Shown here: positions 1 to 8,877 of the stretch, one piece after another
How the letters are laid out: every line of letters begins with the position of its first letter
Numbering within the stretch: position 1 is the stretch's first letter
Source of the DNA: Patescibacteria group bacterium
Lineage (GTDB): Bacteria > Patescibacteriota > Microgenomatia > Woykebacterales > RBG-16-39-9b
DNA length: 56,835 nucleotides
Direction of reading: 5' to 3'
Assembly (NCBI GenBank): GCA_025449635.1
Contig: JANWIZ010000016.1
Span: 1-56,835, forward strand
Position numbers and translations under genes: made by a program
The notes under the pieces: model-generated
What the model saw: the letters and a program-made list of their open reading frames with translations, nothing else
Database searches by the model: none
Told to the model about the DNA's origin: nothing

Positions 1-78
1 AGATTTTTCAAGGAAGTGTTGATAGACTTGGCGGATTATATCGTCATCTTCAACTAGAAGTATCTTTTTTGGATCCAT
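1..78 (-). CDS. Response regulator receiver domain; only the N-terminal 26 codons are present because the gene runs off the left edge
   Basis: The reverse complement of 1-78 reads MDPKKILLVEDDDIIRQVYQHFLEKS, a typical start of a CheY-like REC domain. The ATG is the complement of 76-78. Confidence 0.6.
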   Translation of the reverse strand, partial: MDPKKILLVEDDDIIRQVYQHFLEKS

Positions 79-118
79 TTTCTAATATAATAACATTTAA
101 AACTATTAAGAAAAATAA

Positions 119-256
119 CTTGATTTACAAATAAGCGCTCGAGGTTATGTTAGAATTTTAAAAGTCGCTAGAACTATCGCCGATTTAGAAGGGAGTAGCT
201 CGATTGAAGCAGTCCATTTGGCTGAAGCGATACAATATAGATTAATTGATAAATAA
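119..256 (+). pseudogene. comM: 3'-terminal remnant (about 45 codons) of a comM/yifB Mg-chelatase-like ATPase gene
   Basis: The frame is open only from 119, after TAA at 116-118, and has no start codon. It translates to [45 protein letters not shown], the conserved extreme C-terminus of the ComM/YifB family. Its stop overlaps the dedA ATG (TAATG). Confidence 0.7.
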
Positions 257-864
257 TGGAAAATTTACTACACTTCGATATTGCTAAACTAATACAATCT
301 GTCGGATATGTAGGTGTATTTGGTATTGTTTTTGCAGAGTCTGGGTTGTTCTTTGGCGTTTTTCTTCCTGGAGATAGTTTACTTTTTACAGCAGGTTTTT
401 TGGCGTCTCAAGGATACTTCAATTTTCCAATTTTGGTAACAGGGTGTTTCTTAGCAGCAGTTTTTGGGGACAATATTGGGTATGCCTTTGGGAGAAAAGT
501 AGGTCCAAGGTTTTTTAATCGAGAGGATTCATTTTGGTTTCATAAACGACATCTTGAAACTGCAGAAAAGTTTTATGAGAAGCATGGTGGGAAGACTATT
601 ATATTGGCTAGATTCATTCCGATCGTACGCACATTTGCACCAATTGTTGCTGGAATTGGTAACATGAACTATGAAAGGTTTTTACTTTTTAATATTATCG
701 GCGGTTTTTTGTGGGCTGTGGGAATCACAACAACAGGTTTTTTTCTAGGAAAAATCGTTCCTGGAATCGATAAATATTTATTGCCAATTCTTTTTGTGAT
801 AATTCTAATCTCTCTGCTACCAACAATTATACATCTGATTAAAGATAAATTTTCTCAAAACTAA
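256..864 (+). CDS. DedA/VTT-domain membrane protein
   Basis: 202 aa. It has multiple TM segments and the DedA signature region FLPGDSLLFTAG...GDNIGYAFGRKVG...ARFIPIVRTF. Confidence 0.85.
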   Translation: MENLLHFDIAKLIQSVGYVGVFGIVFAESGLFFGVFLPGDSLLFTAGFLASQGYFNFPILVTGCFLAAVFGDNIGYAFGRKVGPRFFNREDSFWFHKRHLETAEKFYEKHGGKTIILARFIPIVRTFAPIVAGIGNMNYERFLLFNIIGGFLWAVGITTTGFFLGKIVPGIDKYLLPILFVIILISLLPTIIHLIKDKFSQN

Positions 865-885
865 TAATTTAGTTAGCTACAAACA

Positions 886-917
886 GAAAAACCCCAGGTT
901 TTCTGAAGGGGTTTCTC
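886..917. terminator. Hairpin between convergent genes, probably a bidirectional terminator
   Basis: The stem is AAACCCC (889-895) paired with GGGGTTT (908-914), with A-rich and T-rich flanks. It lies between the dedA stop and the stop of the minus-strand small gene. Confidence 0.55.
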
Positions 918-946
918 TGCAATGGTAAAAATTTACCGTTAAAAAA

Positions 947-1087
947 CTAACCGCCGATTTTGAACATTTTTGTTCCGCAATCTGGGCAAGTTCCGCGAAG
1001 AGCTTTCTTTCCGTTCTTCATGGTGACTTGTTCTGGGTTAGCAACTTCTTTCTTTGCACGACATTTTACACAATACATGGATGCCAT
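947..1087 (-). CDS. DUF5679-type small zinc-ribbon protein (46 aa)
   Basis: This ORF is too short for the ORF track. It reads MASMYCVKCRAKKEVANPEQVTMKNGKKALRGTCPDCGTKMFKIGG*, with CxxC...CxxC spacing and overall sequence typical of DUF5679 proteins. Confidence 0.75.
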   Translation of the reverse strand: MASMYCVKCRAKKEVANPEQVTMKNGKKALRGTCPDCGTKMFKIGG

Positions 1088-1213
1088 AGAGTAGATCAGT
1101 GGATCAGTATACAAACACGATTAATATTTGTTTGCTACTGCTTTCTGAAGTTCACCTCCCTTCAAAGGATAAATGAGTTTTAAAGCTAAATGAGGATGTT
1201 ACCACTTTAATTA

Positions 1214-1265
1214 AATTGAGGCTGTTTAGCCTCGAAATCAGCTTAGCATACCTAATTGAGGCTGT
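1214..1265. repeat. Two exact 12-nt direct repeats (AATTGAGGCTGT), 40 nt apart
   Basis: The copies are at 1214-1225 and 1254-1265. The first is part of a GAGGCT-GTTT-AGCCTC hairpin. On the minus strand the second overlaps a TTGACA-17-TAAGCT promoter-like element upstream of the DUF5679 gene. Confidence 0.6.
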
Positions 1266-1283
1266 CAAGCTAAATCAATTTTT

Positions 1284-1565
1284 TTAAACCCAATTTTTTA
1301 TAATAAAGCTAAGTACTATCTGAAAAACTATTGCTATAACAACAAAAAACAGTGTTTTTCTCAAATCCTTTATTACATAAGAATAATCATAACTAAAAAT
1401 TTTGGTTTGGACATTTTCAGTTGGTTTACTATCAGTAACAGTGGTTTCCAGATTTAAAGAAATACTTTTTTTAGTTAACGAGTTAGTTTCATTCCCAATG
1501 ACTTGAGTACTCTGGAGTCTGCGAAGTTGAGCTAGTATTTTACCTTGCTTTGTCTTTTTAGGCAT
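1284..1565 (-). CDS. Hypothetical C-terminally anchored small protein
   Basis: ORF track entry 1284..1592. The internal ATG at the complement of 1563-1565 (MPKKTKQGK...) is the more plausible start. There is a single C-terminal TM, TLFFVVIAIVFQIVLSFII. No family was recognised. Confidence 0.45.
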   Translation of the reverse strand: MPKKTKQGKILAQLRRLQSTQVIGNETNSLTKKSISLNLETTVTDSKPTENVQTKIFSYDYSYVIKDLRKTLFFVVIAIVFQIVLSFIIKNWV

Positions 1566-1671
1566 AAAATGAATTTTAAAATATGCTAGCACAATATTTA
1601 AAGGGCAAGCAAGAGGAAGATTTTTTGTGGTTGCGAAATTTTGAGTAGTTATGTTACTCTAGTATGTCAAA

Positions 1672-2790
1672 ATGGAGTATTTAGGGATTTTAAAAAAGAG
1701 ATTCTCAAACCTTCCGTTTTCTAAAAAGCTTTTTTTAGGAAGCATTTTCATTTCTTTGTTAGTTTTTTCACTTTGGGCAGGCTATAATTTAGGCTATAAA
1801 AAACTTGTCATTAAAGATGAAGCATTATCACCTCGAGGTACGATTGTATCAGGTAAACCTGAGGAGCCGATCGATTTTCCAAATCCAATCAATGGGGTAT
1901 TATTTAAAAAAAGTGAGGCACAAGCATGGATAAATAACTTGCCATTAGCTGTGATGGTTGAGAATCACACCCAAGCTAGACCACAAACTGGTTTATCAAA
2001 AGCAGACATTGTTTATGAAGCTTTAGCTGAAGGTGGGATAACTAGATTTTTGGCAGTTTTTCTGCAAGAAGATACTCGCATTGGGCCGGTTCGGAGTGCA
2101 CGTTCTTACTATTTAGATTGGGCTGTAGAATACGATGCAGCTTATGTCCATTTTGGAGGGTCCCCAGATGCTATAAGTAAGATTAAAACCTATGGTATTA
2201 AGGATCTAAACGGGTTAACATTGGGAGCCCCCACCTTTGAAAGAAGTAAAGCACGGTCAGCTCCTCACAACGTTTATACAACAACACAAAAGCTACGAGA
2301 GAGAGCTAGTAGTAAGGGGATTAAAAAGGGGTCTGATATTGTTTCTTGGAAATTCCTTGATGAAAAGAATATACCAGCAAGAAAAGATCGACCTGAAACT
2401 TTTTTAATAAAATTAGATTTCAAAGGAACTTTCGGTTACAATGTTGAGTGGAGGTACAATGCTGATACAAATTCGTATTTTCGTTTCAACGCTGGTACTT
2501 CCGCAATAGATAACTCGACAAAATTACCTATTGAAGCTAAGACAATAATTGTGCAAACTGTACAAAATGCCCCTGACCCATCGGGGCATTCGCGTTTGAA
2601 AATGACAACAGTTGGTTCAAATTCTGTTGCGGTTTTTGAGAACGGAACATTTATTGAAGGAAGTTGGAAAAAAGATAGTAGAACTGCAAGAACTTTGTTT
2701 TATGATAGAGCTGGTGAGGAAATAAAATTGAATCGTGGTAAAATCTGGGTAGAAATTATTCCTCCTGGATCAAAATTTACTCATTCATAA
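1672..2790 (+). CDS. DUF3048 (YerB-like) domain protein, membrane anchored
   Basis: 372 aa with an N-terminal TM. The motif ADIVYEALAEGGITRFLAVF...PVRSARSYY is characteristic of DUF3048. Confidence 0.75.
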   Translation: MEYLGILKKRFSNLPFSKKLFLGSIFISLLVFSLWAGYNLGYKKLVIKDEALSPRGTIVSGKPEEPIDFPNPINGVLFKKSEAQAWINNLPLAVMVENHTQARPQTGLSKADIVYEALAEGGITRFLAVFLQEDTRIGPVRSARSYYLDWAVEYDAAYVHFGGSPDAISKIKTYGIKDLNGLTLGAPTFERSKARSAPHNVYTTTQKLRERASSKGIKKGSDIVSWKFLDEKNIPARKDRPETFLIKLDFKGTFGYNVEWRYNADTNSYFRFNAGTSAIDNSTKLPIEAKTIIVQTVQNAPDPSGHSRLKMTTVGSNSVAVFENGTFIEGSWKKDSRTARTLFYDRAGEEIKLNRGKIWVEIIPPGSKFTHS

Positions 2791-2801
2791 AGGAGGTAAC
2801 T

Positions 2802-3377
2802 ATGCTTAAAGATCTATTTATTTCAAAAACACGTGTAAAATTGCTAACGGTTTTTCTTACCAACCCAGGAAAAATATTTTATGTGCGTGAACTAGTAAGA
2901 ATGGTAAGTGAGCAGATTAATGCCGTTAGGGCTGAGTTGGCAAGAATGGAAAAAGTTGGAATGCTATCGAGCGAAAACAGGGCTAATAGAAGGTTTTACG
3001 GATTTAAAAAAGAGTATATATACTTTGACGAGCTTTCCAGGCTTGTTGCCAAATCCACTGGTTTAGGTGGGGATATTATAAAAGAGAGGGGAAAGTTAGG
3101 TAAAATCAAGTACGCGGTAATTTCAGGTGGTTATGTTCGTCGAAGACCTGTGGGGGTAAGTGATGTTGATCTGCTAGTTGTTGGTAATGTAGTGATTCCA
3201 CAATTAGCACAATTGGTGAAACGTTCTGAAGAAGAAATTGGTAGGGAAATAAATTATACTGTAATGACGGAAGATGAATTTAACTTTCGAAAAAGAAGAA
3301 AAGACCCATTTGTAGTTGGAATTTTGGAAAAAACTCGAATAATGCTGATTGGAGATGAAGAAGAAATTATTCATTAA
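2802..3377 (+). CDS. Winged-helix DNA-binding domain fused to a minimal nucleotidyltransferase-like domain
   Basis: The N-terminus (VRELVRMVSEQINAVRAELARMEKVGML) is ArsR-like wHTH. The C-terminal part has the GG...SDVDLLVVG pattern of minimal nucleotidyltransferases. Confidence 0.55.
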   Translation: MLKDLFISKTRVKLLTVFLTNPGKIFYVRELVRMVSEQINAVRAELARMEKVGMLSSENRANRRFYGFKKEYIYFDELSRLVAKSTGLGGDIIKERGKLGKIKYAVISGGYVRRRPVGVSDVDLLVVGNVVIPQLAQLVKRSEEEIGREINYTVMTEDEFNFRKRRKDPFVVGILEKTRIMLIGDEEEIIH

Positions 3378-3439
3378 GTCTTGTCCAACAGACCTTGTTT
3401 ACAATAGTCAATTTTAGTATTCTTTGTTTTAATTAAATA

Positions 3440-4774
3440 ATGTTAAAAAAGAGATTTGGGTTGTTCTTTATTTTAATAGTGACTTGTCTAGCTCTGATAG
3501 TTGATTGGCCAAGAGTGCCTGTAAAATTTAATTTAGGGCCAATCAAAATCGATACTGTACTTGCAGGTCCAAAGTTGGATACAAGTATTTTTGGAATACC
3601 AATCAAACGCGATTTGGATTTGAAGCTTGGGTTGGATTTGCAAGGAGGTACGGATCTTACTCTGAGGGCGGATATGACAGGAATTGCTGAAAAAGATCGA
3701 GATCAAGCGCTTGATTCCGTAAAGCAAGTTTTGGAACGAAGGGTAAATCTTTATGGAGTTTCGGAACCGGTTGTTCAAACCGCAAAAGCGAGTGGAGAGT
3801 ATAGAATAATAATCCAGCTTCCTGGAATTAAAGATGTCGATCAAGCAAAACAATTGGTAGGTCAAACTGCAAAATTGGAGTTTAGGGAAGCTGTTGACCC
3901 AGCTGCACAAGCACTGACAATAGAAAATACTAAACCTACGGGTATTTCCGGAAAAGATTTAAAGAGCGCAGATGCCGGGTTTTCTGATAGTCAGTCGAGC
4001 CAAGGCCCTTCTGCAACTGTTGTAAACTTTGAAATAAAAGATGAGAGCGCAGATAAATTTAAGCAACTCACAAAACGTTTATTGCAAAAGCCATTGGCTA
4101 TTTTTCTTGATGATACGCTTCTAAGCGCTCCAATTGTCCAATCGGAGATTGGAAGCAAGGGGCAAATTACACTAGGTGAAAATACTAGTATTGAGTACGC
4201 TAAGAGTCTGGCAACGAGTCTTAAAGCCGGTGCACTTCCAGTGAAAAAAATCGATATTGTTTCCGAAAGAACTGTTGGAGCAACTTTGGGTCAAGAGTCC
4301 GTACAGCAAAGTTTGCTTGCAGGTATGGTAGGCTTATTCGTTATTGGGGTGTTTATGGTTTTCTTTTACGGCTTGCCAGGAATGCTTGCTAACTTAGCAC
4401 TGATTGTTTATACATTAGTTTCGATTGCACTTTTTAAGACAATTCCGATAACGCTGACTTTGGCTGGTATTGCCGGTTTTATTCTCTCGATCGGAATGGC
4501 GGTAGATGCCAATGTTTTAATTTTTGAAAGGATGAAGGAAGAGCTTAGGGCAGGAAGACTGAGAAAACAAGCCATAGAGATTGGTTTTAGCAGAGCTTGG
4601 AATTCGATTCGAGATTCCAACGTTTCGTCTTTAATAACGACATTTATTTTGTTTATTTTTGGAACTGGACAAGTCAGGGGTTTTGCAATTACTTTAGCAG
4701 TTGGTATTGGAGTGTCTATGTTTACTGCCATTACTGTTACAAGAACCTTTCTTAGATTTGTCTATAAAGAATGA
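3440..4774 (+). CDS. secD: Protein translocase subunit SecD
   Basis: 444 aa. It has LGLDLQGG, RVNLYGVSEP and AKLEFRE motifs and a C-terminal 5-TM block with GFILSIGMAVDANVLIFER. Confidence 0.92.
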   Translation: MLKKRFGLFFILIVTCLALIVDWPRVPVKFNLGPIKIDTVLAGPKLDTSIFGIPIKRDLDLKLGLDLQGGTDLTLRADMTGIAEKDRDQALDSVKQVLERRVNLYGVSEPVVQTAKASGEYRIIIQLPGIKDVDQAKQLVGQTAKLEFREAVDPAAQALTIENTKPTGISGKDLKSADAGFSDSQSSQGPSATVVNFEIKDESADKFKQLTKRLLQKPLAIFLDDTLLSAPIVQSEIGSKGQITLGENTSIEYAKSLATSLKAGALPVKKIDIVSERTVGATLGQESVQQSLLAGMVGLFVIGVFMVFFYGLPGMLANLALIVYTLVSIALFKTIPITLTLAGIAGFILSIGMAVDANVLIFERMKEELRAGRLRKQAIEIGFSRAWNSIRDSNVSSLITTFILFIFGTGQVRGFAITLAVGIGVSMFTAITVTRTFLRFVYKE

Positions 4775-5715
4775 GACTAAGGAAAACTTTTTTCAAAAGA
4801 CGGCCCAAAAGCACTTTTAAACTGCTAAAAAAAACTTTGGAGCAACATAGTCAAGAGTTAATCTCTGAGCTTGAAGATAAGCACAAAGACACACTCAAAT
4901 GGTTTTCTAAAAAGGGAATAAATTTAGATGAGGTTGTTAAAACAGGGTCAAGAGGTGCTTTGACAGGGTTGGCAGCAGGGTTTGTATTACTCTCGAGTGG
5001 TGTAACAGCGAAGGTTGAAGAAAGACAGGTAACAACTAGTAATCTGAGTGTTAATCATATAGTTGGAGAGATAAAAGCTCGGCAAGCACAGGAGCAAAAC
5101 CTTTTAAAAATGCTTCAAGAAACATTACCGAGAAATAAAAACCAGCTGACGGATGCAGAGGCAGATAAAGTTGCTCAATCGGTTTCCCAAGTAAGCGGTA
5201 TTAATGTAAAGGCGGGTTTAGCTGGAAATAGATTGAATACAAATTATGGGAAGATTGGCCTAGAGCAGCATTTACCTAGATACCCAGGAGAAAAGATGGA
5301 AGACCATTTTCTTTCTGGGAGTGGAGTAAGTCGTTATTTGAAAAGTGGGATGACAAGGAATCGAGGAGCGTTTGGTTATTTTGCTAAAGATAAACACAGT
5401 CTCACACCAGACGCGATTGAAAAGGAAAAATATTATGTAGTTGTTCAGACTTTTGCTTTCGATGGTTGGGGTAAAAATAGAAATATGAGAGAGTGGTATA
5501 AGCACAGGAAAATGATTGTTATAAACACTAAAAACGGCAGAGCAGTTGTTGGGGTTATCGCCGACAGTGGTCCGGCAAGATGGACCGGAAAAAGCTTTGG
5601 CGGTTCGCCAGAATTGATGGATCAGCTTGGAATGTATCAAGGAAATCGAAAATCCAAAGTATTAATGTTTTTTGTTGATGATGCTGGTGGAAGTATTAAG
5701 TTAGGACCACTTTAA
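4771..5715 (+). CDS. Hypothetical membrane-anchored protein with a possible RlpA-like double-psi beta-barrel C-terminal domain
   Basis: The ATG overlaps the secD TGA (ATGA). There is one TM, GALTGLAAGFVLLSSGV. The C-terminal KMIVINTKNGRAVVGVIADSGPARWTGKSFGGSPELMDQLG resembles the RlpA pattern V-N--NGR-VV--V-DRGP---------S-----LG. Confidence 0.5.
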   Translation: MRLRKTFFKRRPKSTFKLLKKTLEQHSQELISELEDKHKDTLKWFSKKGINLDEVVKTGSRGALTGLAAGFVLLSSGVTAKVEERQVTTSNLSVNHIVGEIKARQAQEQNLLKMLQETLPRNKNQLTDAEADKVAQSVSQVSGINVKAGLAGNRLNTNYGKIGLEQHLPRYPGEKMEDHFLSGSGVSRYLKSGMTRNRGAFGYFAKDKHSLTPDAIEKEKYYVVVQTFAFDGWGKNRNMREWYKHRKMIVINTKNGRAVVGVIADSGPARWTGKSFGGSPELMDQLGMYQGNRKSKVLMFFVDDAGGSIKLGPL

Positions 5716-5720
5716 AAAAA

Positions 5721-6041
5721 ATGAGTATTTTAGTAAAACATTTTGTTACAAACCCAAGAGTTTTGATGGATATAGAGGGCCTTTCTTTGGATCAGGAGGA
5801 GAAAAATAAATTGACAGAAATTGCGACTCTGATCTATCATCAAAAACTATTGAATAAGTTTTTGGACGAACTTATAGAAGAAGACAAAAAAATATTTATA
5901 GATAAAGTTTTAACTGATTCAAAGGAAGATTCCCTAAATTTTTTATATGAAAAAATTGAGAATATTGAAAAAGTTGTAGAAAAGGCTATTTTTGAAATCG
6001 AAACCAAATTATTAGAGGATATAAGAGCACTTAAAGAGTAA
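5721..6041 (+). CDS. Hypothetical acidic coiled-coil-like protein (106 aa)
   Basis: The ORF sits 6 nt after the preceding gene and 13 nt before secF. It is rich in E/K/L heptad-like sequence. No family was recognised. Confidence 0.5.
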   Translation: MSILVKHFVTNPRVLMDIEGLSLDQEEKNKLTEIATLIYHQKLLNKFLDELIEEDKKIFIDKVLTDSKEDSLNFLYEKIENIEKVVEKAIFEIETKLLEDIRALKE

Positions 6042-6054
6042 TTAAAATACAAAA

Positions 6055-6948
6055 ATGCTAAGAATTATTGAAAATAGGAATTGGTACTTTTTAATATCAG
6101 TTTTAATAATAGTACCAGGTTTGATATCACTTTTTCTTTTTGGACTAAATTTTGGTGTCGATTTTACAGGAGGTAGTTTAGTTGAAATAAAATTTGCTAA
6201 GGAGGTGGATAAGAACCAGATAGTTGAGATAGGTAAGAGTGCAAAAGTAGAGATAGTTTCAATTCAAACGACTGGTGAAAATACATACCTTTTGAGATCA
6301 CACCCGCTTTCAGATGAGGAAGAAAAGAATTTAGTAAGCAAATTAAAGGAAAAATACCCTTCAACACAAGAGGTTAGTAAGGAGACGATTGGACCGACTA
6401 TTGGAAGAGAGCTTCTGCAAAATGCGGTTTTTGCTTTAATTGCGGCAACAGTAATGATCGTTATTTACATTTCTTGGGCTTTTCGTTCAGTTCCTAAACC
6501 CGCTTCCAGTTTACGTTTTGGTATTTGTGCAATAATCGCCCTGCTACATGATGTGTTACTTCTTTTAGGTGTGTTTTCACTGTTAGGTCATTTCTTCGCA
6601 GTCGAGATCGACAGCTTATTTGTTACTGCAGTTCTCACGGTGATTGGATTTTCGGTTCATGACACGATTGTAGTTTTTGACCGAATAAGAGAAAACTTAA
6701 ACAAAGCTTCATTTAAAACCTTTGAAGAAACTGTTTCACATTCAATAATGCAAACACTAGGACGATCTTTAAATACATCTTTGACTGTGGTTCTAGTACT
6801 ATTAGCTTTACTATTATTCGGAGGTACTTCAATCAAATGGTTTGTAGTTGCGCTTTTGATTGGTATAATTTCAGGAACCTATTCTTCTATCTTTAATGCA
6901 GCACCATTATTGGTCGTGTGGCAAAAATGGTCCGAAAGAAAAAAATAG
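6055..6948 (+). CDS. secF: Protein translocase subunit SecF
   Basis: 297 aa. It has GVDFTGGS, a 6-TM layout and VIGFSVHDTIVVFDRIREN. Confidence 0.92.
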   Translation: MLRIIENRNWYFLISVLIIVPGLISLFLFGLNFGVDFTGGSLVEIKFAKEVDKNQIVEIGKSAKVEIVSIQTTGENTYLLRSHPLSDEEEKNLVSKLKEKYPSTQEVSKETIGPTIGRELLQNAVFALIAATVMIVIYISWAFRSVPKPASSLRFGICAIIALLHDVLLLLGVFSLLGHFFAVEIDSLFVTAVLTVIGFSVHDTIVVFDRIRENLNKASFKTFEETVSHSIMQTLGRSLNTSLTVVLVLLALLLFGGTSIKWFVVALLIGIISGTYSSIFNAAPLLVVWQKWSERKK

Positions 6949-6982
6949 TCTTCAACCCATTCTCAATGTTAAAATTAAATAA

Positions 6983-8749
6983 ATGAAAAAAGTTTTCCTT
7001 TTATTAATATGTGTTTTGACCTTTTTAGTTCCAAGTCAGGTAAACGCTTCAGAAAACTGGAAAATAGAAAATTTTCAATCAAACATCATTCTTAATGAAA
7101 CCGGAGTTGTTAGCGTTACCGAAACTATTAGTGTTGATTTTTCAGATGTGAGTAAACACGGTATTTTTAGAGATATCCCATATATTTACAAAAATCAGGA
7201 CGGTTCTAATAAATATACAGAAATAAAAGTATTAACTGTTCTGCGTGAAGATAAATCAGAAAAATATGAAACCTCTTTTTTAAATGGTTATATACGTATA
7301 AAAATTGGGGAAGAAAATGTAACGATAACTGGTCGTCACGACTATAAAATAAGTTATGAAGCTATAGGGGTGCTAAAAAGTTTTGAAAATTTTGATGAAC
7401 TATATTGGAATGTAACAGGTAATTATTGGGGTGTGGTAATTGAAAAAGCTTCAGCGACGGTTGTTTTACCAAAAAACGGTATTAATCAAACTAAGTGCTA
7501 TCAAGGAATTGTAGGATCTGCAGAACCCTGTGCGTTTACAGTTGATAGTCCTATTTTAGCTAATTTTGCCACTACCCGAAGGTTGAATATTGGTGAAGGT
7601 GTTACTCTTGCGATTGGTTACACAAAAGATTTAGTTCCCATACTTCAAGGTAACAAACCGAAGGAAATAACAGACGATTTATTCTCTCTTGCGAGTGTTG
7701 GGGTTTTCTTAAGCACAGTTTTACTTGGATTGGTTCTAGTAATTACTTTATGGTTACATAAAGGAAGAGATTTTTGGTTTCGATCTAGATTTCTTAATGA
7801 CGCACAAACCAAACATGAGGTTAAGCCAGTAGGTGGTTACGAAACAGTAGTTGTCGAATTTACCCCACCGGAAAATTTGCGTCCAGGGGAAATAGGAGCA
7901 TTGCTAGATGAGAATGTTAGTAATATTGAAATTACAGCTACAATTGTGGATCTTGCAAATCGTGGTTATCTAACAATAGCTGAAAAACCTAAAAAATGGC
8001 TTTTTGGTAGTGTTGATTATGTGTTTCATCAGTTAGATAAGGATCAGTCTATACTTCTGAATTATGAAAAAGAGTTATTGGATAAAGTTTTTGAAAAAAA
8101 CGCTACTGTGAAACTCTCAGACTTAAGGAACAAATTTTACACTTCAGTAAACGGAATCAAAGACAGGATTTATTCAAATTTAGTTAACAAGAAATTTTTT
8201 GCCGAGAGCCCTGCTTTAGTGAGATTAAAATATTTTTTCATTGGAATTGCGATAAGTGTTACTGGCGGAGTTTTGGTTTGGTTTGGCTTTTTGCAAATCA
8301 ATTCTTATATTGTAAGTTTTGGAGCAGGACTTGTTGTAGTTAGTTTATTTGCAATGGTTGTTTCTAGGTCAATGCCAAGAAAAACGGCCCAAGGTAGAGC
8401 GATTTATGTTCGAGCAAAGGGTTACAAAATGTTTGTTGAGCGAGCCGAAAAATACCGTCAGCAATTTTTTGAAAAAAGAAATTTGTTTAATGAAGTTTTG
8501 CCTTATGCAATTGTCTTTGGAGTAACTGAAAAATTTGCTAAAGCCTTCAAGGAGATAGGTATAGAGCCGGAAAAGCCGACTTGGTATTCTGGTAATCACA
8601 CTTTCAATGCAGCAGTTTTTGGTGCTAGTATGGCAAGTTTTTCAAATTCTTTTTCCAATACAATTGCCTCCAGCCCAAGCAGTAGTGGCTCTGGTGGAGG
8701 AGGTTCCTCAGGCGGTGGTTTTGGTGGAGGTGGTGGAGGCAGCTGGTAA
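6983..8749 (+). CDS. DUF2207 domain membrane protein
   Basis: 588 aa. It has a signal peptide, an extracellular N-domain, TM segments and the typical C-terminal Gly run SSGSGGGGSSGGGFGGGGGGSW. Confidence 0.75.
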   Translation: MKKVFLLLICVLTFLVPSQVNASENWKIENFQSNIILNETGVVSVTETISVDFSDVSKHGIFRDIPYIYKNQDGSNKYTEIKVLTVLREDKSEKYETSFLNGYIRIKIGEENVTITGRHDYKISYEAIGVLKSFENFDELYWNVTGNYWGVVIEKASATVVLPKNGINQTKCYQGIVGSAEPCAFTVDSPILANFATTRRLNIGEGVTLAIGYTKDLVPILQGNKPKEITDDLFSLASVGVFLSTVLLGLVLVITLWLHKGRDFWFRSRFLNDAQTKHEVKPVGGYETVVVEFTPPENLRPGEIGALLDENVSNIEITATIVDLANRGYLTIAEKPKKWLFGSVDYVFHQLDKDQSILLNYEKELLDKVFEKNATVKLSDLRNKFYTSVNGIKDRIYSNLVNKKFFAESPALVRLKYFFIGIAISVTGGVLVWFGFLQINSYIVSFGAGLVVVSLFAMVVSRSMPRKTAQGRAIYVRAKGYKMFVERAEKYRQQFFEKRNLFNEVLPYAIVFGVTEKFAKAFKEIGIEPEKPTWYSGNHTFNAAVFGASMASFSNSFSNTIASSPSSSGSGGGGSSGGGFGGGGGGSW

Positions 8750-8877
8750 GTAAGCAAACAAGCAACCCATAGTATATTGATTTTCCAAAAAATTACGAGT
8801 AAAATCTAAATTGGTGCAATTCTCGAACTGATAACCTCTCGGTTGGGGAGAGAAAGATAGAAAGGGAAAGACCAGCA

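Noticed and set aside
8680-8749. Repetitive GGTGG/GGAGG-rich stretch that could be mistaken for a short tandem repeat or CRISPR-like array
   Set aside because: It is the in-frame Gly-run (SGSGGGGSSGGGFGGGGGGSW) at the C-terminus of the DUF2207 protein. There is no repeat-spacer periodicity. No CRISPR array was seen anywhere in the window.
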